Positions 53,785-64,000 of a stretch of 64,000 nucleotides of DNA are shown here, one piece after another. The notes beneath the pieces are model-generated. The model saw only the letters and a program-made list of their open reading frames with translations, was not told where the DNA came from and did no database searches. Both the position numbers and the translations under genes were made by a program. Each line of letters opens with the position of its first letter. Position 1 is the stretch's first letter. This DNA is from Escherichia coli (GTDB taxonomy: Bacteria; Pseudomonadota; Gammaproteobacteria; Enterobacterales; Enterobacteriaceae). Location: NCBI RefSeq assembly GCF_024298765.1, contig NZ_CP101210.1; one strand, 5' to 3'.

Positions 53785-54545
53785 TTAACGCGCTCGCTGC
53801 GAAAGCACCTGCTGCTTATCCAGCTTTTGCACCAGCGGCTGCACCACTTTATCCCCATGCTGACCAAAGTATTGATACAGCGTATCGGACGCACTTTTGG
53901 TCAGCACCATAATCTCAATGCGCCGGTTGCCCGCGCTTTGCGGATTTTTGGCATCCAGCAACATCTGGTCCGCCATTGCGCTTACCTGCATCACTTTATC
54001 TTCCGGCATTCCGGCCTCTTCCAGCACCCGACGAGCCGAAAGCGCGCGATCGCCCGAAAGGTTCCAGTTGTTGTAGATATTGTTTTTGTAGGCCATCGCA
54101 TCGGTATGCCCGGTAATAATAATTTTGTTATCGAGAGAGTCGAACACCGGCGCAAGCTCCACCAGCAGCGTTTTAAAGAACGGCATAATCTTCGCGCTGC
54201 CGCGTTCAAACATATTGCGGTTCTGGTCGTCTTTAATCAGCACGCGTAATCCCTGGGGAACAATCTCCATCTCCAGATTCGCTTCCATATGCGCATCACG
54301 GGCGATGGTATTGATACTGGTTGCCAGCTCGCCAAGCTCGGTGGCGGATTTCTTCTTCAGCAGCGCCGTTTTCTCGTTGACGTCGCGCGCTTTTTTCTCC
54401 GTCTCTTCCGGCACCGCCACGGTGGCAGGTTTTGGCGGATGAGACGGGCTGATTTTATTTAACGGCGACAGCCCGCCACCATTGAAAATCGACTGCCCGT
54501 GCAGCGCGGCGATAATGCTTTCACGCTCGGATTTACTGACGCTGT
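53785..54545 (-). pseudogene. lafU: lafU' (MotB-like lateral-flagellar stator), N-terminally deleted remnant
   Basis: ...LRVLIKDDQNRNMFERGSAKIMPFFKTLLVELAPVF...IIITGHTDAMAYKNNIYNNWNLSGDRALSARRVL (OmpA/MotB C-domain). The 5' part of track ORF 53785..54675 is antisense lfhA. The junction lies at about 54533-54546. Confidence 0.8.
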
Positions 54546-56254
54546 TGACAATCAACTTTATCGTCGTCACCAAGGGGGCCGAGCGTATTTCCGAGGTTTC
54601 TGCCCGCTTTACCCTGGACGCGATGCCCGGCAAACAGATGGCGATTGACGCCGATCTTAACGCCGGGTTGATCAACCAGACGCAGGCGCAAACCCGGCGT
54701 AAAGATGTCGCCAGCGAGGCCGATTTCTACGGCGCAATGGACGGGGCATCAAAATTTGTGCGCGGGGACGCCATCGCCGGGATGATGATTCTGGCAATCA
54801 ACCTGATCGGCGGCGTCTGTATCGGCATCTTCAAATACAACCTGAGCGCCGACGCCGCCTTCCAGCAATATGTGCTGATGACTATCGGCGATGGGCTGGT
54901 GGCGCAAATCCCTTCCCTGCTGCTCTCCACCGCGGCGGCGATTATCGTCACCCGCGTCAGCGATAACGGTGATATCGCCCATGACGTGCGTAATCAGTTG
55001 CTGGCAAGCCCGTCGGTTCTCTACACCGCCACTGGAATTATGTTCGTGCTGGCGGTGGTGCCGGGAATGCCGCATTTCCCGTTCCTGATGTTCAGCGCCC
55101 TGCTTGGTTTTACCGGCTGGCGGATGAGCAAGCGCCCGCAAGCGGCGGAGGCGGAAGAGAAAAGCCTCGAAACGCTAACCCGTACGATGACAGAAACCAG
55201 CGAGCAACAGGTCAGTTGGGAAACTATTCCGCTGATCGAACCTATCAGTTTAAGCCTCGGCTACAAACTGGTGGCGCTGGTGGATAAAGCGCAGGGCAAC
55301 CCGCTCACCCAGCGTATTCGCGGCGTACGTCAGGTGATTTCCGACGGCAACGGCGTGCTGCTGCCGGAGATCCGTATTCGGGAAAACTTCCGCCTCAAGC
55401 CCAGCCAGTACGCCATTTTCATCAACGGCATTAAGGCTGATGAAGCGGATATTCCGGCAGATAAACTGATGGCCCTGCCCTCCAGCGAAACCTACGGCGA
55501 GATAGACGGCGTGCTGGGGAACGACCCGGCGTACGGGATGCCGGTCACCTGGATTCAGCCCGCGCAGAAAGCGAAGGCGCTGAATATGGGGTATCAGGTG
55601 ATCGACAGCGCCAGCGTAATTGCCACCCATGTGAATAAGATTGTGCGCAGCTATATTCCTGATTTGTTTAACTATGACGATATTACTCAGCTGCATAACC
55701 GTTTGTCGTCGATGGCACCGCGACTGGCGGAAGATTTGAGCGCGGCGCTCAATTACAGCCAGTTGCTGAAAGTGTACCGGGCGCTACTGACTGAAGGCGT
55801 TTCCCTGCGCGATATCGTCACCATCGCCACCGTGTTGGTCGCCAGTAGTGCGGTGACTAAAGATCATATTCTGCTGGCGGCCGATGTGCGCCTGGCGCTG
55901 CGGCGCAGCATTACCCATCCGTTCGTTCGCAAGCAGGAGCTGACGGTGTATACGCTGAATAATGAGCTGGAAAATCTGCTGACCAACGTGGTGAATCAGG
56001 CGCAACAGGCCGGCAAAGTGATGCTTGATAGCGTGCCAGTGGATCCGAATATGCTCAACCAGTTCCAGAGCACGATGCCTCAGGTGAAGGAGCAGATGAA
56101 AGCGGCGGGGAAAGATCCGGTGCTGCTGGTGCCGCCGCAGCTGCGCCCCTTGCTGGCGCGCTACGCAAGGTTGTTTGCGCCGGGGCTGCATGTGCTGTCG
56201 TATAACGAAGTGCCGGATGAGCTGGAGTTGAAGATAATGGGGGCGCTGATATAG
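54533..56254 (+). pseudogene. lfhA: lfhA' (FlhA-like lateral-flagellar export gate), lacking about the first 115 codons
   Basis: Homology to FlhA starts at ...LLTINFIVVTKGAERISEVSARFTLDAMPGKQMAIDADLNAGLI and continues to the C-terminus. The upstream codons of the track ORF are antisense lafU. Confidence 0.8.
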
Positions 56255-56532
56255 GCATGATAAGACGCGTCTGCGTCGCATCTGGCACCGGTACACAACC
56301 GCCGGATGCGGCGTGAACGCCTTATCCGGCCTACGGGTGAGCACGGTTTTGTCGGCATGATAAGACGCGTGGCGTCGCATCTGGCATCGGCGCACAACCG
56401 CCGGATGCGGCGTGAACGCCTTATCCGGCCTACTGGTGAGTGCGGTTTTGTCGGCATGATAAGACGCGTAGTGTCGCATCAGACACCGGCGCACAACCGC
56501 CAGATGCGGCGTGAACGCCTTATCCGGCCTAC
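56254..56532. repeat. REP/BIME array: three tandem units of about 100 bp
   Basis: Units start at 56254, 56354 and 56453. Each reads ggcatgataagacgcg...gtcgcatc.g.ca.cgg..cacaaccgcc.gatgcggcgtgaacgccttatccggcctac. Confidence 0.9.
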
Positions 56533-57287
56533 AAAATCGTCTCTTCCGTCAAAATCCGTCGCGCGCCTAAAAAATGGTCCTGCCAGAAAGGTTCGGCTAA
56601 CCGACTTACCCGAATGGTTTCCCCGGTGCGCGGTGACTCGATAAACTGACCGTCTCCAAGATATACGCCCATATGGTCGGCTATCTCACGACTGTGGATA
56701 TGGAAAAACAGCAAATCTCCCCGGCGCAGGTCGTTATTCGCCACAATCGTTGCCCGACGGTAGTGGTACATCTCATTGGCCGTGCGCGGGAGCTTAGCCT
56801 CAAGGATCTTGTTGTAGGCATAAAAAACCAACCCGCTACAGTCGAAGCCTTTATCAGGCCGCGTGCCCCCCCAGATATAAGGCTTACCTAGCTGCTGCTC
56901 CAGGCGGTGAATCGCCACTTCGGTGATGTTATGTAGATGGTCGCTGCTTAAGAAATGATTATTCTCCACCAACGCCTGCCAGCGTCTGTCACTCGCCTTG
57001 AGCGGCGCAGGAAACCATTCTGGATGCTGTTTTATCTGCTCCCGATTATGCTGGCGCAGCGCCCTTCTGCTTTTGGCATTGCCTTCCACAATATAGCTGG
57101 CCTGCTTTTTCAGATGGGTTTGGTACTGTTTTAATAAACGCGCACGGTTTTGCATCCGCTGGCGGGCGGCGTAGCTAAAAGAGATATGTGATGTGGTGGC
57201 GCTGGCGAGTAAAGGGAGCAAAACGCATAACGAAAACACGCCTGGATGCAGAAATCTGCCGTGCAAGAACGAAGACATGAAGGACAT
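56529..57287 (-). CDS. yafL: NlpC/P60-family peptidoglycan endopeptidase lipoprotein YafL
   Basis: 252 aa. NlpC/P60 core GKPYIWGGTRPDKGFDCSGLVFYAY...DHMGVYLGDGQFIESP. Confidence 0.9.
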   Translation of the reverse strand: MSFMSSFLHGRFLHPGVFSLCVLLPLLASATTSHISFSYAARQRMQNRARLLKQYQTHLKKQASYIVEGNAKSRRALRQHNREQIKQHPEWFPAPLKASDRRWQALVENNHFLSSDHLHNITEVAIHRLEQQLGKPYIWGGTRPDKGFDCSGLVFYAYNKILEAKLPRTANEMYHYRRATIVANNDLRRGDLLFFHIHSREIADHMGVYLGDGQFIESPRTGETIRVSRLAEPFWQDHFLGARRILTEETIL

Positions 57288-57589
57288 AAACCAGCTGAAT
57301 GAAGGTGAGAATTTTAAAAGACCGGAGGAGTAAACGGGATTATTAATTGCTTATTTGCATATTACTATTGCGGTTTCATAATCTTAGGAAATAAGAAATA
57401 AATCTACAATCCATGCGCTTTTCGGACTCTTGAAAACTGCCCCTGTGCTAAATTTGTAAACCCTGCGCCGACAGGCTTGCGTAAAACTCTTTTGGTGATA
57501 ATGTGAGCCTTCCAAATCCAGACTATTCCGATTTGGGATTCATTTTGCCGTCCTGGCGTGTGTAACCGTTTTATCAAGGAATAAGCAGT

Positions 57590-58330
57590 ATGCGTAAAAT
57601 CGCATTAATTCTTGCGATGTTGTTGATCCCGTGCGTTTCGTTTGCCGGTTTGCTGGGCAGCAGTAGCTCGACCACGCCAGTGAGCAAAGAGTATAAGCAG
57701 CAGTTGATGGGATCCCCTGTCTACATCCAGATCTTCAAGGAAGAACGTACGCTCGATCTCTACGTCAAAATGGGCGAGCAATATCAACTGCTCGACAGCT
57801 ATAAAATCTGTAAATATTCCGGCGGATTAGGGCCAAAACAGCGTCAGGGCGATTTCAAAAGCCCGGAAGGGTTTTATAGCGTCCAGCGTAATCAGTTAAA
57901 ACCAGACAGCCGTTACTACAAAGCGATTAATATTGGATTCCCAAACGCCTATGACCGTGCGCATGGTTATGAAGGGAAATACCTGATGATTCACGGCGAT
58001 TGTGTTTCCATCGGCTGCTACGCGATGACCAATCAGGGTATTGATGAGATCTTCCAGTTCGTTACTGGTGCGCTGGTGTTTGGTCAGCCGAGCGTGCAAG
58101 TGAGTATTTACCCGTTCCGTATGACCGACGCCAATATGAAGCGCCATAAATATTCCAACTTTAAGGACTTCTGGGAGCAACTGAAGCCGGGCTACGACTA
58201 CTTTGAGCAAACCCGTAAGCCACCGACCGTTTCTGTGGTCAATGGCCGTTACGTGGTCAGCAAGCCGTTAAGCCACGAAGTTGTGCAGCCACAACTGGCA
58301 TCAAACTACACGCTCCCCGAGGAAAAATAA
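57590..58330 (+). CDS. yafK: YkuD-fold L,D-transpeptidase-like protein YafK (DpaA/LdtF)
   Basis: 246 aa, signal peptide [19 protein letters not shown], catalytic region [15 protein letters not shown]. Confidence 0.9.
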   Translation: MRKIALILAMLLIPCVSFAGLLGSSSSTTPVSKEYKQQLMGSPVYIQIFKEERTLDLYVKMGEQYQLLDSYKICKYSGGLGPKQRQGDFKSPEGFYSVQRNQLKPDSRYYKAINIGFPNAYDRAHGYEGKYLMIHGDCVSIGCYAMTNQGIDEIFQFVTGALVFGQPSVQVSIYPFRMTDANMKRHKYSNFKDFWEQLKPGYDYFEQTRKPPTVSVVNGRYVVSKPLSHEVVQPQLASNYTLPEEK

Positions 58331-59068
58331 GCGCCATTCACCTGGCATAATCTTTTGCCAGGTTTCATTGCCCGTCAGCGGCTGTGTCGCAATCACCGTG
58401 ACCACATCATTCGGTGTGGTCTGCGAGCTGAAGTCGATTTCCACATCCTGATCCAGCAACGTTGCCACGCCAAACGGCGCGCGGCGGGTGATCCAGTGTA
58501 AATTAGTCGAGCAATACGCCATTACATAGCGCCCGTCAGAAAGCAGCATGTTGAAAACGCCCTTCTGCCGCAGTTCATCCGCCAGTGAGGCGATATATTT
58601 AAACACTGCCGCCATGTTGCCCGGTGTGCGCGGGTAACGCTGCGTTAATTTATGCAGGAGCCAGCAAAAGGCTTTTTCGCTATCGGTTTCACCGACCGGG
58701 CGGAAGTTGCCGGTTTCCAGTGATTTGTAGCCCGTCAGTTGTCCATTATGGGCATAAGTCCAGTTACGCCCCCATAACTCGCGGGTAAACGGGTGAGTAT
58801 TTTCCAGCGCCACCTCGCCCCGATTAGCCTGGCGAATATGAGCCACCACCGAACAGGATTTTATCGGGTAGTCCTGGACAAGTTTGGCGATGGGGGAATT
58901 AAAGCTGGGTTGCGGATCTTTAAATGTGCGACAGCCTTTACCTTCGTAAAAGGTAATGCCCCAGCCATCTTTATGTGGCCCGGTTCCACCACCACGCTGT
59001 ACAAGTCCGGTGAAACTAAAGCAGATATCGGTAGGGACGTTGGCGCTCATCCCGAGCAATTCGCACAT
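58301..59068 (-). CDS. yafJ: Class II glutamine amidotransferase-like protein YafJ
   Basis: 255 aa from [19 protein letters not shown] (N-terminal Cys nucleophile after Met). Confidence 0.9.
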   Translation of the reverse strand: MCELLGMSANVPTDICFSFTGLVQRGGGTGPHKDGWGITFYEGKGCRTFKDPQPSFNSPIAKLVQDYPIKSCSVVAHIRQANRGEVALENTHPFTRELWGRNWTYAHNGQLTGYKSLETGNFRPVGETDSEKAFCWLLHKLTQRYPRTPGNMAAVFKYIASLADELRQKGVFNMLLSDGRYVMAYCSTNLHWITRRAPFGVATLLDQDVEIDFSSQTTPNDVVTVIATQPLTGNETWQKIMPGEWRLFFLGERVV

Positions 59069-59132
59069 GGGTAACCTCCACAACAGCGGGAGCGCATGGC
59101 CCCCGGCGAAGATTGATTTAAGAATTTTCAGG

Positions 59133-59265
59133 TCGGATGTGGCGTGAACGCATTATTCGGCCTACGGTTCGGGTGCAGATTGTAGGCATGATAAGACGCG
59201 TCAGCGTCGCATCAGGCATCAGAGCACAAATGCCGGATGCGGCGTAAACGCCTTATCTGGCCTAC
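59133..59265. repeat. REP elements between yafJ and gmhA
   Basis: tcggatgtggcgtgaacgcattattcggcctac ... ggcatgataagacgcgtcagcgtcgcatcaggcat ... tgccggatgcggcgtaaacgccttatctggcctac. Confidence 0.8.
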
Positions 59266-59272
59266 GCCAGAC

Positions 59273-59851
59273 TTACTTAACCATCTCTTTTTCAATTAAC
59301 TGGATCAGGATATGGATCACTTTAATGTGGATCTCCTGAATGCGGTCGGCATAACCAAAGTGCGGAACGCGAATTTCAATATCCGCCGTGCCAGCCATTT
59401 TGCCGCCGTCTTTACCCGTCAGGGTGATCACTTTCATCCCCTTCTCACGCGCCGCTGCGATCGCTTTGATCACGTTTGCAGAGTTACCGGAGGTGGAGAT
59501 CCCCAGCAGTACATCGCCTTCGCGACCTACCGCTTCAACGTAACGCGAGAAAATATCATTGAAACCAAAATCGTTACCGACGCAGGAAATATGACTAACG
59601 TCAGAAATGGCAATCGCCGGGTAGCCCGGACGGTTTTCACGGTAGCGACCGGTCAACTCTTCGGCAAAGTGCATGGCGTCGCAATGGGAGCCGCCGTTGC
59701 CACAGGAAAGCACTTTACCACCGGCTTTAAAGCTGTCTGCTAACAGGACCGCCGCGCGCTGAATGGCGTGAATATTGGCGTCATCTTTTAAAAAGTTAGC
59801 CAGCGTTTCCGCCGCTTCGTTCAGTTCATTACGAATAAGATCCTGGTACAT
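59273..59851 (-). CDS. gmhA: Sedoheptulose-7-phosphate isomerase
   Basis: 192 aa from [62 protein letters not shown]. Confidence 0.95.
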
Positions 59852-60090
59852 GAGGATATCCTTCAGCATAAATGTAATAGACAAAATGCAGTGTACCGGA
59901 TACCGCCAAAAGCGAGAAGTACGGGCAGGTGCTATGACCAGGACTTTTTGACCTGAAGTGCGGATAAAAACAGCAACAATGTGAGCTTTGTTGTAATTAT
60001 ATTGTAAACACATTGCTAAATGTTTTTACATCCACTACAACCATATCATCACAAGTGGTCAGACCTCCTACAAGTAAGGGGCTTTTCGTT

Positions 60091-62535
60091 ATGATGATTT
60101 TGAGTATTCTCGCTACGGTTGTCCTGCTCGGCGCATTGTTCTATCACCGCGTGAGCTTATTTATCAGCAGTCTGATTTTGCTCGCCTGGACAGCCGTCCT
60201 CGGCGTTGCTGGTCTGTGGTCGGCGTGGGTACTAGTGCCTCTGGCCATTATCCTCATACCGTTTAACTTTGCCCCTATGCGTAAATCGATGATTTCTGCG
60301 CCAGTGTTTCGTGGATTCCGCAAAGTGATGCCGCCGATGTCGCGCACCGAGAAAGAAGCGATCGACGCGGGCACCACCTGGTGGGAGGGCGACTTGTTCC
60401 AGGGCAAGCCGGACTGGAAAAAGCTGCATAACTATCCGCAGCCGCGCCTGACCACTGAAGAGCAAGCGTTTCTCGACGGTCCGGTAGAAGAAGCCTGCCG
60501 GATGGCGAATGATTTCCAGATTACTCATGAGCTGGCGGACCTGCCGCCGGAGTTGTGGGCGTACCTTAAAGAGCATAGTTTCTTCGCGATGATCATCAAA
60601 AAAGAGTACGGCGGGCTGGAGTTCTCGGCTTATGCCCAGTCTCGCGTGCTGCAAAAACTCTCCGGCGTGAGCGGGATCCTGGCGATTACCGTCGGCGTGC
60701 CGAACTCATTAGGCCCGGGCGAGCTGCTGCAACATTACGGCACTGACGAGCAGAAAAATCACTATCTGCCGCGTCTGGCGCGTGGTCAGGAGATCCCTTG
60801 CTTTGCACTGACCAGCCCCGAAGCGGGTTCCGATGCGGGCGCGATTCCGGATACCGGGATTGTCTGCATGGGCGAATGGCAGGGCCAGCAGGTGCTGGGG
60901 ATGCGTCTGACCTGGAACAAACGCTACATTACGCTGGCACCGATTGCGACCGTGCTTGGTCTGGCGTTTAAACTCTCCGACCCGGAGAAATTACTCGGTG
61001 GTGCAGAAGATTTAGGTATTACCTGTGCGCTGATCCCGACCACCACGCCGGGTGTGGAAATTGGTCGTCGCCACTTCCCGCTGAACGTACCGTTCCAGAA
61101 CGGACCGACGCGCGGTAAAGATGTGTTCGTGCCGATCGATTACATCATCGGCGGGCCGAAAATGGCCGGGCAAGGCTGGCGGATGCTGGTGGAGTGCCTC
61201 TCGGTAGGCCGCGGCATCACCCTGCCTTCCAACTCAACCGGCGGCGTGAAATCGGTAGCGCTGGCAACGGGCGCGTATGCGCACATTCGTCGGCAGTTCA
61301 AAATCTCTATCGGTAAGATGGAAGGGATTGAAGAGCCGCTGGCGCGTATTGCCGGAAACGCTTATGTAATGGATGCTGCGGCATCGCTGATTACCTACGG
61401 CATTATGCTCGGTGAAAAACCTGCCGTGCTGTCGGCTATCGTTAAGTATCACTGTACCCACCGCGGGCAGCAGTCGATTATTGATGCGATGGATATCACT
61501 GGTGGTAAAGGCATTATGCTCGGGCAAAGCAACTTCCTGGCCCGTGCTTACCAGGGCGCACCGATTGCCATCACCGTTGAAGGGGCCAACATTCTGACCC
61601 GCAGCATGATGATCTTCGGACAAGGAGCGATTCGTTGCCATCCGTACGTGCTGGAAGAGATGGAAGCGGCGAAGAACAATGACGTTAACGCGTTCGATCA
61701 ACTCCTGTTTAAACATATCGGTCACGTCGGTAGCAACAAAGTTCGCAGCTTCTGGCTGGGCCTGACGCGCGGTTTAACCAGCAGCACACCAACCGGCGAT
61801 GCCACTAAACGCTACTATCAGCACCTGAACCGCCTGAGCGCCAACCTCGCCCTGCTTTCTGATGTCTCGATGGTGGTGCTGGGCGGCAGCCTGAAACGTC
61901 GTGAGCGTATCTCGGCACGTCTGGGGGATATTTTAAGTCAGCTTTACCTCGCCTCTGCCGTTCTGAAGCGTTATGACGACGAAGGCCGTAATGAAGCCGA
62001 CCTGCCGCTGGTGCACTGGGGTGTACAGGATGCGCTGTATCAGGCAGAACAGGCGATGGACGATTTACTGCAAAACTTCCCGAACCGCGTGGTTGCCGGG
62101 CTGCTGAATGTGGTGATCTTCCCGACCGGACGTCATTACCTGGCACCGTCTGACAAGCTGGATCATAAAGTGGCGAAGATTTTACAAGTGCCGAATGCCA
62201 CCCGTTCACGTATTGGTCGCGGTCAGTACCTGACACTGAGCAAGCATAACCCGGTTGGTTTACTGGAAGAGGCGCTGGTGGATGTGATTGCCGCCGACCC
62301 GATTCATCAGCGGATCTGTAAAGAGTTGGGTAAAAACCTGCCGTTTACCCGTCTGGATGAACTGGCGCACAACGCACTGGCGAAGGGGCTGATTGATAAA
62401 GATGAAGCCGCTATTCTGGTGAAAGCTGAAGAAAGCCGTCTGCGTAGTATTAACGTTGATGACTTTGATCCAGAAGAGCTGGCGACGAAGCCGGTAAAGC
62501 TGCCGGAGAAAGTGCGGAAAGTTGAAGCCGCGTAA
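60091..62535 (+). CDS. fadE: Acyl-CoA dehydrogenase FadE
   Basis: 814 aa from [24 protein letters not shown] (internal Met of the track ORF). Confidence 0.95.
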   Translation: MMILSILATVVLLGALFYHRVSLFISSLILLAWTAVLGVAGLWSAWVLVPLAIILIPFNFAPMRKSMISAPVFRGFRKVMPPMSRTEKEAIDAGTTWWEGDLFQGKPDWKKLHNYPQPRLTTEEQAFLDGPVEEACRMANDFQITHELADLPPELWAYLKEHSFFAMIIKKEYGGLEFSAYAQSRVLQKLSGVSGILAITVGVPNSLGPGELLQHYGTDEQKNHYLPRLARGQEIPCFALTSPEAGSDAGAIPDTGIVCMGEWQGQQVLGMRLTWNKRYITLAPIATVLGLAFKLSDPEKLLGGAEDLGITCALIPTTTPGVEIGRRHFPLNVPFQNGPTRGKDVFVPIDYIIGGPKMAGQGWRMLVECLSVGRGITLPSNSTGGVKSVALATGAYAHIRRQFKISIGKMEGIEEPLARIAGNAYVMDAAASLITYGIMLGEKPAVLSAIVKYHCTHRGQQSIIDAMDITGGKGIMLGQSNFLARAYQGAPIAITVEGANILTRSMMIFGQGAIRCHPYVLEEMEAAKNNDVNAFDQLLFKHIGHVGSNKVRSFWLGLTRGLTSSTPTGDATKRYYQHLNRLSANLALLSDVSMVVLGGSLKRRERISARLGDILSQLYLASAVLKRYDDEGRNEADLPLVHWGVQDALYQAEQAMDDLLQNFPNRVVAGLLNVVIFPTGRHYLAPSDKLDHKVAKILQVPNATRSRIGRGQYLTLSKHNPVGLLEEALVDVIAADPIHQRICKELGKNLPFTRLDELAHNALAKGLIDKDEAAILVKAEESRLRSINVDDFDPEELATKPVKLPEKVRKVEAA

Positions 62536-62542
62536 TTGAATA

Positions 62543-62570
62543 ACGGAGCCGAAAGGCTCCGTTTCTTTAT
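62543..62570. terminator. Bidirectional terminator between fadE and ivy
   Basis: acggagcc-gaaa-ggctccgt, then ttctttat. Confidence 0.7.
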
Positions 62571-62577
62571 CCGCTAA

Positions 62578-63051
62578 TTATTTAAAATTAAAGCCATCCG
62601 GATGGTTTTCCAGGCTGCCGGTCAACGCCGCGAACAGCACCGTTTTACCATCAATAGAAAGCGCATCGTTCACATTCAACCAGGTGAGTTTCTCTTGCGA
62701 CGTTTTCTCATCAATGGTCGAGAACAGCCCCGTCATCTGATTAGATTTCTCGGACCACATCACAGCGATACGTTGCGAGCCACAGTCATGCGGTTTGCAC
62801 GCGCTCATCACCTGATACGTCTCATCTCCCAACGTTACGGTTTGTGCGGGAGTATACGTACCGCCTTTCATCACCCAGGCAGGCAGCTTATGCCCTTGCA
62901 CCATCTGATTAAAAGCAGCTTTGGTGGTTTCGCCCTTTGCAAGGCTGCTAATGGTTAAATCATCCTGCGCCATTGCACTGGTGGCGATGACCAGAGCGGC
63001 GACTGTCGTTATTGCCTTAAACATCATTCCTCCCGGGCTTATCCTGCCCAT
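62578..63051 (-). CDS. ivy: Inhibitor of vertebrate C-type lysozyme
   Basis: 157 aa MGRISPGGMMFKAITTVAALVIATSAMAQDDLTISSLAKGETTKAAFNQM...CKPHDCG loop. Confidence 0.95.
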   Translation of the reverse strand: MGRISPGGMMFKAITTVAALVIATSAMAQDDLTISSLAKGETTKAAFNQMVQGHKLPAWVMKGGTYTPAQTVTLGDETYQVMSACKPHDCGSQRIAVMWSEKSNQMTGLFSTIDEKTSQEKLTWLNVNDALSIDGKTVLFAALTGSLENHPDGFNFK

Positions 63052-63204
63052 GTTATTAACCTCCTAAAGCTTGGCGATAACACGATAATTTGCAAATCAG
63101 ATATTTCCAATATCAGAATTTGTTATCAATTTATTCTGCGCTAAGGCAACTGCCTGATAAGGTGTTAAAGTTATAAAACCCTTCGCATAAAGGAGTTGTA
63201 CACC

Positions 63205-63975
63205 GTGCCTGGTTTGAAGATTACGCTTTTGCAGCAACCACTGGTGTGGATGGATGGCCCTGCCAATCTGCGCCATTTTGATCGTCAACTGGAAGGTATT
63301 ACCGGGCGCGATGTGATCGTTCTACCGGAAATGTTTACCAGCGGCTTTGCCATGGAAGCGGCAGCTTCGTCGCTAGCACAAGATGACGTAGTGAACTGGA
63401 TGACAGCCAAAGCGCAGCAGTACAATGCGCTGATTGCAGGCAGTGTTGCATTACAAACGGAGTCTGGTTCGGTTAACCGCTTTTTGCTGGTTGAGCCGGG
63501 CGGCACGGTACATTTTTATGATAAGCGTCATCTGTTCCGCATGGCAGATGAGCATCTACATTATAAAGCGGGCAATGCGCGAGTGATTGTGGAATGGCGC
63601 GGCTGGCGTATTTTGCCGCTGGTGTGCTACGACTTACGTTTTCCAGTGTGGTCGCGCAATCTCAACGATTATGACCTCGCCCTGTACGTCGCCAACTGGC
63701 CTGCTCCGCGCTCTCTGCACTGGCAGGCATTGCTGACGGCCCGCGCGATTGAGAATCAGACGTATGTAGCGGGATGCAATCGCGTCGGCAGCGATGGCAA
63801 CGGCTGCCATTATCGCGGTGACAGCCGGGTGATTAATCCACAGGGCGAGATTATCGCTACTGCCGACGCGCATCAGGCAACGCGCATTGATGCGGAGTTG
63901 TCGATGGCTGTATTAAGGGAATATAGAGAAAAGTTTCCGGCATGGCGGGATGCGGATGAGTTTAGGTTGCTGTGA
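63205..63975 (+). CDS. yafV: Nitrilase-superfamily omega-amidase (2-oxoglutaramate amidase) YafV, GTG start
   Basis: 256 aa, (M)PGLKITLLQQPLVWMDGPANLRHFDRQLE...; E-K-C triad context (LPEMF, YDKRHLF, LVCYDLRFP). Confidence 0.9.
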   Translation: MPGLKITLLQQPLVWMDGPANLRHFDRQLEGITGRDVIVLPEMFTSGFAMEAAASSLAQDDVVNWMTAKAQQYNALIAGSVALQTESGSVNRFLLVEPGGTVHFYDKRHLFRMADEHLHYKAGNARVIVEWRGWRILPLVCYDLRFPVWSRNLNDYDLALYVANWPAPRSLHWQALLTARAIENQTYVAGCNRVGSDGNGCHYRGDSRVINPQGEIIATADAHQATRIDAELSMAVLREYREKFPAWRDADEFRLL

Positions 63976-64000
63976 GTGGGTGTTGCGTTTAGGGCCGGGG

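Noticed and set aside
53701-54249. 182-aa + strand ORF after dinB, and the 54482 start of the 590-aa ORF
   Set aside because: The first is antisense to lafU'. The first 17 codons of the 590-aa ORF are antisense lafU sequence created by the Flag-2 deletion joint, not a genuine lfhA start.
56254-56532. Possible CRISPR array or coding repeats: track ORFs 55784..56494 (236 aa), 56306..56644 (112 aa) and 56161..56457
   Set aside because: The units are about 100 bp, near-identical REP/BIME sequences without spacers. The ORFs simply read through the repeats, giving iterated peptide blocks such as HPAVV.RCQMRR.ASYHADKT, and partly run antisense to lfhA'.

Overview
Escherichia coli-type chromosome in a non-K-12 arrangement, read antiparallel to the K-12 map. 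All K-12 and family comparisons are from memory; no database was searched.

Backbone (about 42.3-64 kb). Conserved genes run thrW, proA, proB, phoE, crl, frsA, gpt, pepD, then an apparently intact rtcB-like/prfH pair. They continue with yafP-dinB, the Flag-2 deletion scar (lafU'/lfhA'), REP arrays, yafL, yafK, yafJ, gmhA, fadE, ivy and yafV. Three modules I remember at these junctions in K-12 (yafNO, dinJ-yafQ, rayT) are absent.

Accessory mosaic (1-42.3 kb). This IS-riddled region abuts the 3' end of thrW, and no integrase is visible in the window. From thrW leftwards it contains:
- two uncharacterised convergent ORFs
- a CP4-57/CP4-6-like backbone: alpA-like, yfjI-like plus a duplicated 5' fragment, and a yfjJ/yagK-like gene
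- IS903
- an AT-rich operon that looks like an unnamed conflict system: a DUF4145/coiled-coil/SF1B helicase with two tandem C-terminal repeats, a helical-repeat plus cold-shock-like partner, and a third gene cut by IS903
- a fossil plasmid or ICE segment: RHH gene fragment, oriT-like inverted repeats, eleven 11-bp-phased ACTACA iterons, a small HTH gene and a ParA/StbB-like stub, bounded by IS1 sequences
- a G+C-richer DUF262 / DUF262-DUF1524 (GmrSD-like) gene pair
- decayed type I hsdM/hsdS genes, an IS3-family remnant with tandem diverged ends, IS2 nested in an IS5 fragment, and a frameshifted yagK-like gene
- a lactate-utilisation block (ykgEFG/lutABC, a second dld-like gene, an LctP permease, a GntP fragment) between IS1 and IS5
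- a complete type IC (EcoR124-family) hsdMSR system
- a yeeP-like GTPase and the 5' 2.3 kb of flu (Ag43) with its three-GATC switch

None of the complete IS copies (IS5, IS2, IS903, two IS1 isoforms) has matching target-site duplications. The mosaic was therefore probably shaped by IS-mediated deletion and recombination.

The strongest novelty candidate is the helicase operon at 29.2-33.7 kb. The DUF262 pair and the oriT/iteron fossil come next.
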